A stretch of DNA of 64,000 nucleotides from Octopus vulgaris (Eukaryota), in assembly GCA_951406725.2 (NCBI GenBank), contig OX597834.1, forward strand, positions 37,758,001 through 37,822,000, read 5' to 3'. Under the pieces are notes generated by a model, which worked only from the letters and a program-made list of their open reading frames with translations, did not search any database and was not told the DNA's origin. Made by a program: the position numbers and the translations under genes. Every line of letters begins with the position of its first letter. The stretch's first letter is position 1. This document shows, piece by piece, positions 53,656 to 64,000 of the stretch.

Positions 53656-55734
53656 AATATTTCCATACACACATCCATCCATCCATCCATCCATACATAC
53701 ATACATACATACATGCATCCATCCATACATACATACATCTATACATACATACATCTATACATACATGCATCCATCCATACATACATACATATATCCATCC
53801 ATCCATCCATACATACATACATCCATACATACATACATCCATACATCCATACATCCATACATCCATACATTCATACATACATACACGTATGCTCCCTTTA
53901 CTTCAGCTTGATTTAAGTCCTATTAATTTCCAAAGCAAGTACGCGGTGCTTTCAACCAATCCGCAGCCATGCAAATGACAGTGTTGAAAGCTAATCGAAC
54001 CTGTAATGCTTCGATTTTTGAAATATCACCAGATCAGCTTTAAGCCCCCTCGTTACCACCACCACCACCATCACCCGCTTAGCCCTACCCCACCCCCACT
54101 CCGCACTCAACAATCATCCATCACCACAACCACCACCACCACCACCACCACCACCACCACCGCAACCGCCCCTCACCACCCACCAATCTCGACACGAACT
54201 GAACGGAACATATCTTGATTTCCATTATTCTTTCGCTATAGGAGTCGTTTCATCTTGGGACGATCATAATTTTTGTTCTAGCTTTAGCTTAATTAGCTTT
54301 GCTAATATCTTAGTTCTCTTATGTGATTCGACTAATTTTCTTTGCGCTTAATTACAGATAGATTAGAGGCAGAAATACCATTAATTTGCGCCGCTGTATA
54401 CACGGATAGAACACTAAAACATTCATTGAATTCTTCTTGTTTTTTTATTTCCTTTTTATCATTTCATACGACGATGTATTCTAATTCCTTTTTTTCCTTC
54501 TTTTTTGTTTTCAAAGGAATTCTTTTCTCTCTTTTACACAACAACTTCCCAAGTATTCTTGGATCCATCCTTCCTCGTGTTTGTCGTTATTTTTGTTGTC
54601 GTTATTGTTGTTGCTGCTGTTGCATTTGTTGTTGTAGTTGTTGTTTTATTTTCGTTGTTGTTTTTGTTTTCGTTGGAGCTTTGGATTCTTATTTTGGGAA
54701 AATAGGCGAAAAGACAGAAGCCTCGGATTTGCATTGTTTCTACTTTGACCAGGATTTATGAAAGTCAATAACGAAATTAGCAAATGAAGGAAAAAGAAAA
54801 AAGAGGAAAAAAGAAAAGACAAGAAAAGCCGATAAATAAGTATAAACATAAATAAATAAATATATAAGCCTCCCTAACATAATTAGCTTTCTTCTGTTAG
54901 TCAGTTTAATGTTGGTTTAATGACAGAGAATTAAGAGAATATTTCTATGCCATCTAGTTTCGGCAGGAATTGGCATCACTGTTTCGCAAAATATTACAGA
55001 CGATAACATAGAAATATATAGATTCAACAGTACTAAGCCCCACCATCGCTACCACCACGGACGCAGCCACCACCGCTGCCACACCGACGTCATTACCATC
55101 TCCATTGACGTTCCCCCCACTACCGCCACCACAACCACCGTCGCCATCCTGTAATAACGGACAACTTTTTAACAATGGCCGCCGTTGCTTAATAAATAAT
55201 TACCTTCATTTATCATTTACTATGTCTAAGTAGCCATCATCGACGCCTCCGCCGCCGCCGTCGTCATCACTGTTGTCGTAGTTGTCGTCGTCGTCATCAT
55301 CTTCGTCTATAACTCCATCGTTCTCATCGTCATCACCAGGTTCACTACCCACAACATCTTAGTTATCATAATTATTACCGCCACTACCACCGTCACCACC
55401 AGAACTACCACCACCACAACCACAACCACCACCACCACCACAACCACAACCACAACCACCACCACCACCACCACAACCACCACCACCACCATTACCATCT
55501 CTCAACACTATTTTCCTCCAACTCATCCTCCGCCTCCTCTTCACCATCATCATCATCATCATCATCATCAGGTGCAGTTGTATTAATGTCGTCAACTTCA
55601 TTGTTTAATGGAACCTTCATCATGATCAACAACATTGTCATCATCATCATCATCATTTTCATATTCATCATCCCAACCAATATTTCTGTCATAATTAGTT
55701 TCGTATATAGCATCCCTGCCACCACCTCCACTAC

Positions 55735-55955
55735 CTATTTCTTTATTACCCACAAGGGGCTAAACATAGAGGAGACAAACATGGACAGACATAGGTATTA
55801 AGTCGATTATATCGACCCCGGTGCTTAACTGGTACTTAATTTATCGACCCCGAAAGGATGAAAGGCAAAGTCGACCTCGGCGGAATTTGAACTCACAACG
55901 TAACGGCAGCCGAAATACCGCTAAGCATTTCGCCCGACGTGCTAACGATTCTGCT
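55735..55955 (-). mobile_element. SINE family A monomer
   Basis: Full body match to family A. Confidence 0.9.
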
Positions 55956-56454
55956 ACCGTCATCATCATAATCATCGTCGTCGTCATCATCATCATCAGC
56001 AGCAGCAGAAACAACAACATCATCATCATCATCATCATCATTTATGACGTATCTATCTACATCCTCGTATGGTTTTCTGCCCTCCTCCTCCTTCTCCTCC
56101 TTATCATCATCATCACCAACAACACCAAAACCACTAGCCCCATCACTATCATCATCGTCATCATCATCATCAACATCACCATCATCATCATCATCTAGCA
56201 TTCTTCCTTAACCAGACGGCAATAACAATTTCAAAACCTGATCGATGACAGCTGTAGACAGAAGGATCGATAGATTGTCTGACTACTACTCGTTGATGGG
56301 TCGATGGTTCGGATCTGGTTACCGACATAGCGTGTTGTGGGTCCATTGACCTCTGCACTTACTACTCTAAGCCCAGCCAATATAACTATTCTGTGGATTA
56401 ATTACAGTTTTCAATTCTAAGGGGCAAATTAACAAGATTTTCGTTATGAAGCGA

Positions 56455-56614
56455 AGGTGTGTAGTTGCGTGGTAAGAACCTTGTTTCCCACCCACATGGT
56501 TCCAGGTTCAGTCCCACTGCGTGGCATCTTGGGCAAAATGTCTTCTTCTATAGCCTCGAGCCGACCAAAGCCTCATGAGTGGATTTGGTAGACGGAAACT
56601 GGGAGAAGCCCGTC

Positions 56615-56665
<51 letters not shown>

Positions 56666-57085
56666 GGTTTATATACTCTTACTCTTTTACTCTTTTACTT
56701 GTTTCAGTCATTTGACTGCGGCCATACTGGGGCACCGCCTTTAATCGAGCAACTCGACCCCGGGACTTATTCTTTTGTAAGCCCAGTACTTATTCTATCG
56801 GTCTCTTTTGCCGAACCGCGAAGTAACGGGGACATAAACACACCAGCATCGGTTGTCAAGCAATGTTAGGGGAACAAACACATACACACAAACTCACACA
56901 CACACACATATATATACACATATATACGACAGGCTTCTTTCAGTTTCCGTCTACCAAATCCACTCACAAGGCATTGGTCGGCCCGGGGCTATAGCAGAAG
57001 ACACTTGCCCAAGATGCCACGCAGTGGGACTGAACCCGGAACCATGTGGTTGGTTAGCAAGCTACTTACCACACAGCCACTCCTA
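56455..57085. mobile_element. Two SINE family B copies, tail to tail (56455-56615 plus; 56678-57085 minus)
   Basis: Family B heads on opposite strands. Confidence 0.85.
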
Positions 57086-57691
57086 AATATATAGGATGGG
57101 TTTATATATATATATATATATATATACGTTCAACTAATACCCTCTGTTGTTCCCTCACCTGACTCAGTCTTTTGGGGTTTTTGTACGATTTTGAACCATA
57201 TATAGATGCCGTAGTGAGGCCAGTAAACTTACATAGTGTTACCAGTGCGTAATGCTATATATAATATGACTATCAAGAGGCGATAGTGAGGCCATAGTCA
57301 AACCAATAATATTATTTAGCAAGGTCAATAAGTAAAGTTGCGTAATGTGACCATTTTATTTATTTTGGCTTTCTCTTTCTTGCAGCAGTTGACCCTGTGT
57401 CAAGTAAGAAAAGGTTAATCGATATTTCTATAACAGAGAGAAAGGGAGAGAGAGGGAGAGAGAAAATGGGAGAGAGCGAAGGGTGATGTAGAGGTGGGAG
57501 AGACAGAGAGGACTGAGATATAACAATAGAACAAGAAAATAGAGAGGAAAGAAAGAGGAAACCATCTCGTTTGTCTGTTGGCTGGGGAATGAGAACGTAT
57601 CACTATTACCACCGTCACCACCACCACCACCAGCACCACTACAACAGCAACAATCATCATCATCATCACCATCATCACCACCACCATCACT

Positions 57692-57746
<55 letters not shown>

Positions 57747-58159
57747 CCATCTTACGATCAATGCCAAACTAATAAGTAGATCACAAACCCCAGACCAATA
57801 CAATTGCTAATCCGCCGAAACTCTTTGCCAAACGCAGAGATCGATTTCCGAACATTTTGCTTAAAGAGACGTTCAAGTAAAATTCGACTTCGATTTCAGA
57901 CGAAAAGAAACCGATCTCCCTGCTGCACCCAGCTTTCTCCCTCTGGTGTGTTCTTTAAACTTTTAATACAATGGAGGGCATCGCTGAAGACTTAAGAGCC
58001 AAGAAGCTATATTTTGAAGACTATCGAGGCCATGGGTGTTGCTGTTGCTCTTTAACCCTAGGTTCACTTGGTCGAGTAAGCCTATGATCAATGGCAATTT
58101 CGGATATGACCATCTCATCTTTATCGTATCTCTTTTATCTTTTACTGTGAACACGAGTA

Positions 58160-58425
58160 GTTTTATGGTTGAGGTATCTGGCTCATGGTGGTTGTGTCCT
58201 TGGGCAAGACGTTCTACTTCACATTGTTCCCGTCCCCTCAACTGGCAAAAATGGATAGTACCATCCTTATCACATTCTGTGTGTCATGCTGAATCTGCCT
58301 GATAACTACCATTATGAGTACACGTGTCTGTGGAGTACTCAGCCACTAGCACGTTAATTTCACAAGCAGGCTGTTCCGTTGATCGGACCAACTGGAATAC
58401 TCATCGTCGTAACCGACGGAGTACC
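58160..58425 (+). mobile_element. Degenerate SINE with Meta-like core and tail type 2
   Basis: gttgtgtccttgggcaagac... and a tail gtacacgtgtctgtggagt.ctcagcc...cgtcgtaaccgacggagt shared with 60507-60873. Confidence 0.7.
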
Positions 58426-59086
58426 AGTTTATCTGTTACTTGTTTCATTCATTAGACTGTGGCCATGCTGCAGCACCACCTGAAAAAAGGGTTTGTCGAG
58501 CCAATTGACCCACAGCACTCATTTATTTACAATCAGGTACTTATTCTATCGATGTTTCTTCCCTAACGGCTGAGTCACGGGAACTAAAAACAAACACTGC
58601 AGTGAAATGAGACAAACATGAACACAATGACACATACAAATATGACGGGCTTCCACACAGTTTCCGGTTATCAAATTCACTGACTAAACTTTGGTCAACC
58701 CGGGGCTATAGAAGAAGGCACTCTCGGGGTCTGAGCCTAGGACTACGTGGTTGCAAATTAAGCTTCCTTGCCACACAGCAATACCTGCACCCATATCTAT
58801 AACTGCATTGCCAAATATCTATTTTAAAGACCGTGGGGAATGGATTAATGAAGGATTCAACTGCTGTTTTTTGCAATCAGACAATCGCGTTGAGCAGGGA
58901 TTATCAACCAAGTTTTATCATTCTGGTGGACCCCTATAGCCATTTTATGTTTGCGAACTAGTTTTATAGAAACTCCTTTCAATATTCCTATTGATGGTGG
59001 TGGAGGTGGTGGTTGTGGTGGTGGTGGCGGTGGCGGCGGTGGTGGCGGTGGTGGTAGTGGTTGTATAAAAGTAAGAATTTACTTAC

Positions 59087-59188
59087 CTGACACTTCCTTC
59101 CCACACAAGGCACTTTATGGAACATGGAGTAAATCTTAACGGCTTTGTGGCATTGGTAATCTGTACAGTTGCCATGGTAACACATAAA
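59087..59188 (-). CDS. Ly6/uPAR (three-finger, LU-domain) protein, internal coding exon
   Basis: Minus strand reads ttcttcttcattttcag|TTT ATG TGT...AAG TGT CAG|gtaagt: canonical acceptor and perfect donor, 102 nt = 34 codons, FMCYHGNCTDYQCHKAVKIYSMFHKVPCVGRKCQ. Five Cys spaced like the N-half of an LU domain; joins in phase 0 to 31287-31532. Confidence 0.85.
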
Positions 59189-59239
59189 CTGAAAATGAAG
59201 AAGAATTTAAGTGTAATAACGATAACGGCAGCAGAAAGG

Positions 59240-59399
<160 letters not shown>

Positions 59400-59427
59400 C
59401 AGCAGCAGCAGCAGCAGCAGCAGCCGC

Positions 59428-59470
<43 letters not shown>

Positions 59471-59822
59471 ATGATGGTGGTGAATGAGAAATAGGAGTCT
59501 GGTATGTGGTTCGAACTACACTTTGTAACTGCGTGGTGCAGTGTTCGATCTACCAAAAGCTCAGGTTTTTAACTCGATTGAAATTTGGTAGACGAAAACG
59601 GTGCCGAAGACCCTCCTGTCTATGCATTTTGGGCGATCACCAACCTTTTCTCTTCATCTCTAGTCTTGTTACAAGACTATAGATGAAAACAAAAGGTTGG
59701 TCGTTCCCCTAAAATTCTGTATAAATACTTACATACGATTTCTGATGGAGCTTTGATTAAGCAATACACACTTTCTCCTATCAAATGCTGTCTACCATTT
59801 CTTGCTGTGTAGCTGCTTCTAT

Positions 59823-60088
59823 GTGGAGGCGTGTGGCTTAGTGGTTAGGTGTCAGCACCATGATGGTAAGATTGTGGTTTCGATTCCTGGACCGGGCGAC
59901 GCGTTGTGTTCTTGAGCAAAACACTTCATTTCACGTTGCTCCAGTTCACTCAGCTGGCAAAAATGAGTAACGCTGCGATGAACAGGCGTTCCATCCAGCT
60001 GGGGAACACATACGCCATAGAAACCGGGAAACCGGGCCCATGAACCTGGCTAGGCTTTAAAAAGGGCGCATTTATTTTTTTATTTATA
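59823..60088 (+). mobile_element. tRNA-derived SINE with Meta-like core and 9-bp TSD
   Basis: gtggcttagtggttagg...ggtttcgattcc, then gttgtgttcttgagcaaaacactt; TGCTTCTAT at 59814-59822 and 60089-60097. Confidence 0.85.
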
Positions 60089-60316
60089 TGCTTCTATACA
60101 ATTATGATTTTTGATGAACTTATAAATAATTATGAATTTATTTTACTACCTATTTTGAACGCTTTTTTATGTAAACAGTTTAAACAAAATGCCCCTCTTA
60201 ACATTTTCTTATCATTGTCAAATACTGAATCACTGTATTTTAATACATCTATGATAACCATTTTTTAACAGAACAACGGCTTCAGAGAGGACCGGAGACA
60301 TGAAGAACCGAACCTT

Positions 60317-60431
60317 TGGCCTCCTGCTCAGATATCAGCAGCACCAAACATCCTTGTCTATAAGTCTACAACTGGCCTTTTGCTCAGATATCAGCAGCGA
60401 CAAACAGCCATGTCCAGTGAGTCTACAACTG
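60317..60431. repeat. About 56-bp tandem duplication
   Basis: tggcctYYtgctcagatatcagcagc..caaaca.cc.tgtc....agtctacaactg occurs twice. Confidence 0.85.
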
Positions 60432-60506
60432 CCCTAGCGCGTCCAAGTCTTTTTAAGTTTCGGACTCGCATCTAATACTGCTATGGATTATATAACCGAC
60501 TGTGTG

Positions 60507-60873
60507 GAGGCGCAATGGCCCAGTGGTTAGGGCAGCGGACTCGCGGTCGTAGGATCACGGTTTCGATTCCCAGACCGGGCGTTGTGAGTGTTTATTGAGC
60601 GAAAACACCTAAAGCTCCACGAGGCTCCGGCAGGGATGGTGGTGATCCCTGCTGTACTCTTTCACCACAACTTTCTCTCACTCTTACTTCCTGTATTTCA
60701 AAGAGCCGGCCTTGTCACTCTCTGTGTCACGCTGAATATCCCCGAGAACTACGTTAAGGGTACACGTGTCTGTGGAGTGCTCAGCCACTTACACGTTAAT
60801 TTCACGAGCAGGCTGTTCCGTTGATCGGATCAACCGGAACCCTCGTCGTCGTAACCGACGGAGTGCTTCCAAC
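60507..60873 (+). mobile_element. tRNA-derived SINE family C, tail type 2, 13-bp TSD
   Basis: Same head as 33968; AACCGACTGTGTG at 60494-60506 and 60874-60886. Confidence 0.9.
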
Positions 60874-61055
60874 AACCGACTGTGTGAAATACACATAGAA
60901 AATCTTAACAACGTGAAAGAGAATGTAAGTGGGAAACTGTGCTGTAGGCGAAGTGAAGAAGGAGGAGTGGCGGGTAAGGGCAGACAACAACGTCAATGTA
61001 CGGCATGAAGATAAACAATCAACAGAGATAAGACTGGAGCAGACAGACAGGAGGG

Positions 61056-61092
<37 letters not shown>

Positions 61093-61128
61093 TGGATAAA
61101 GTGACATAGAAATATAAACAGAATGAAA

Positions 61129-61160
<32 letters not shown>

Positions 61161-61161
61161 C

Positions 61162-61204
<43 letters not shown>

Positions 61205-62048
61205 ACATAGAGAAGCAAGCAATGCCGTGGAACATCGTTCAAGATGGCGGTTTGGTGTGAAAACATTGATAAGACGTTGTACAGCAAATAATTACATTGG
61301 GATGGATAATACAATACACATGTTGTTTTAGCGATGGTGGTCATGGTTGGTGGTGTGTTTGTTGATGTCATAGTCGTGGCTAGAAGGTGGAGGTTGTGGT
61401 GGCGAGTGATTGTTATTGCCGAAGCTGGTGATGGTATCCGTGTTGGTTATGTCCGTGTTGGTAGTAACTTTGGTGATGTTGAGGTGTTAGTGGTGGTGAT
61501 GGTAAGGGCAGTGGTTGCAGTGGTATCCTTGTTTGTGGTCGAAAAGGTTGTTGTTGTTGTTGTTGTTGTTGTTGATATAGTGGTAGTGGTTGGTGTAGTG
61601 GCTGTAGCAATAGTAGTAGATGTTGTCGTGAAGGTGGTGGTGATGGTCGTGGTAGTAGTCATGGTGTTGTTAGTTGTGGTCATCGTCGTCGTCGTGATGG
61701 TAGTGGTTGTAGTTGTTGTGGTGGGGGAGTGACGGCGGTGATGTTGTGGATGGTGGTGGTGGTGGTGGTGGTGGTGGTTGTGGTGGTGGTGGTGATGGTG
61801 GTGGTGGTGTCGGTGGTAGTGTTGTGAATCGCTTGATTACTGTTTTGCTATTGATTGACAGCACCACATTAATTACTACAACCTACACTACATCCACGCC
61901 ACACCTCGCGTTACATAACATGTTTTCCTTCTGCATTATGTCTCTCGTCTTGTTTGCTTCTGTCTACATTTCTCTGTCTCTGAAGATAAACAGACAGACA
62001 GACTGACATACTGACAGACAGACTGATATATATATGTGTGCGTGTGTG

Positions 62049-62086
<38 letters not shown>

Positions 62087-62089
62087 CAC

Positions 62090-62120
62090 AGAGACAGACA
62101 GACAGACAGATATACTGACC

Positions 62121-62204
<84 letters not shown>

Positions 62205-62219
62205 TACAGACAGACAGAC

Positions 62220-62304
<85 letters not shown>

Positions 62305-62380
62305 AACGGCAGGAAGGTCGGACAGACAGAGAGATGGATGGATGGATGGACGGACAGACGATCAGACAGACAGACAAATA
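62090..62380. repeat. (GATA)n/(GACA)n microsatellite
   Basis: Directly visible. Confidence 0.95.
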
Positions 62381-62934
62381 TATAGATAGAAGGATAAATA
62401 AATGGCAAAAAAGCCTGACAGGCTCTTTTGAGGATTTGGACCCTAATATCACGTGGTATTTGATGTTCTTTAACCCTAGATCAGCTCCGATCCAACAGAC
62501 AGACTTGTGATAAATAACAGCCCAGTCTTTTATTTCAGAAACGGTTCATCTGGGATTACTTTATCTAATGTGTCTATCATTTTCTTTTGCTAGTTTCCGT
62601 CATGTTGGGACCCTCGTTTGAAGGGTTTAGACAAGCAAATGGGCCCCAGTACTTTTTAAAAACTTGTTACTCATTCTCTTAGTCTCATTTATCGAACACC
62701 TATATGCACAGAAGCTAGAATCACATTATCGAACGTGTCCTCTTTTCAGACGATACAGCATAACTTGAGGGTATTTTGGCTAAGACTCCAAGTATGTCGT
62801 GTAAACACGTAGACATAATTTGTTGTTCACTTAACACCAGCTACATACATACATACATACATACATACATACATACATACATACATACATACATACATAC
62901 ATACATACAAACATAAATACATACATACATACAT

Positions 62935-63110
62935 ATTTTTTATTTTATTTTATTTTATTTTATCTAGTTTCAGCTCACGAGCTGTGGCCATGCTGGGGCA
63001 CCGCCATTTGGTGTTGCTACATGATTTAACTTCACGAATGCTTTTTAGTAACTGCCATTTGGTGCATGAGAGTGTTCGATGCAGCTGCCCTCATCTGCAC
63101 CTCCTGCCGT
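62935..63110 (-). mobile_element. Retroelement 3' end sharing the SINE-B tail motif, with (TAAAA)n tail
   Basis: Minus strand ggcggtgccccagcatggccacagctcgtgagctgaaactaga(taaaa)n; upstream sequence unrelated to SINE B. Confidence 0.7.
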
Positions 63111-63136
63111 GAATCATATACATATGATTATTATTA

Positions 63137-63219
<83 letters not shown>

Positions 63220-63222
<3 letters not shown>

Positions 63223-64000
63223 TTTTCTTTCAGCTTTGTTTTCATTTCTTGCCGAGTGTCTTCCCAACACTTGGGGCAAAGAAACTCACTGAATACATTG
63301 ATAAGCCATTAAATTAAGCACACGAAATTGTTCATTTTCAAGATGAAATCCAGTCATGCGAAACAAGAATTAAAATACATGAATGGTAATCGTTCTCGCA
63401 TCGACATTGCTCTCCTCAATACTTGCGACCTGCCAATTATTACATGAACGGTAAAACTGGGATCATTCTCAAACAATTTCCTTTTCCCGGTCATTCCAAG
63501 TACTCCTATAATCACTGGTATTGTAACCGCCTTGAGATGACACATTTTTTTTTTTTTCGATTTCAGTCAACAAATCTTTATATTTTCCGAGCTTGTCAAA
63601 TACTTTTACCGATATATTATGATCACAAGCAATACCCACGTCGAACAATAAACAAAATTTATTGTTTTGGTCTTTCACAACAATGTCCGGCCTATTAGCT
63701 TTGATACTTCTGAGTGTATGTACTAGAAAGTCCCAAAGAATCGTTACGTTTTTTTTCCCGTCAGCTTCAACCTCAGAGCTTTGAGTTTATAATGCCAGCA
63801 TATTAACCAGTGTAGATATTAGCCATCTCGGTTATGTTTTGATTTATATTCCACTGGTGCTAAGACTTTACATCCTGAGATTAGGTGGTCCAATGTTTCA
63901 ATCTCATCATTGCAGAATCGGCACTTTGAATCTACTACATTTTTCATCACATTGGCTTGGTTGGTCTGGGACAATAATCTTTGACCTTGAACAGTGTTGT
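63220..64000 (-). mobile_element. R4/Dong-like non-LTR fragment: CCHC knuckle, RLE domain and 3' UTR
   Basis: KCRFCNDEIETLDHLISGCKVLA...NVTILWDF...IKANRPDIVVKD...LFDVGIACD...KLGKYKDL...IPVIIGVLG; ends at (CTA)n/(TAA)n and runs off the window. Confidence 0.9.

Noticed and set aside
59727-59820. Possible signal-peptide exon ending at the gtaagt donor near 59732 (minus)
   Set aside because: The phase-0 frame has a stop nine codons upstream and is not hydrophobic.
60270-60480. Possible plus-strand exon after tttttaacag
   Set aside because: The internal 56-bp duplication breaks frame periodicity and no recognisable protein results.

Overview
Eukaryotic, repeat-saturated DNA. The microsatellite density and tRNA-derived SINE landscape look like a coleoid cephalopod (Octopus-type) genome; this is inference, not a database match. 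Almost every ORF in the supplied track is a microsatellite artefact. The one host gene I can support is on the minus strand and is nearly invisible in the ORF track. Two GT-AG exons (59087-59188 and 31287-31532), joined in phase 0 across a 27.5-kb intron, encode a Ly6/uPAR-type three-finger protein with a CCxxxxCN box, an atypical 12-Cys pattern and a GPI-like tail. Its signal-peptide exon was not found. The rest is mobile-element debris: mariner and Tc1 transposase fossils, restriction-like-endonuclease (R4/Dong-type) non-LTR fragments in (TAA)n and (ACAT)n arrays, L1/Tx1-like and RTE fragments, at least three SINE families, MITEs, and Penelope-type terminal repeats carrying minimal hammerhead ribozymes. 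The most interesting non-coding signals are: several hammerheads (a near-canonical GUC copy at 41734-41802) and head-to-head fold-back pairs of hammerhead termini; a SINE repeatedly joined tail-first at one internal site of its own family, with a 4 x 183-bp array; an inverted duplication with a 161-bp identical core containing a tRNA-like unit; and a covarying stem-loop shared by a SINE tail and a probable LINE tail. All translations, alignments and folds were done by eye, and repeat boundaries are approximate.
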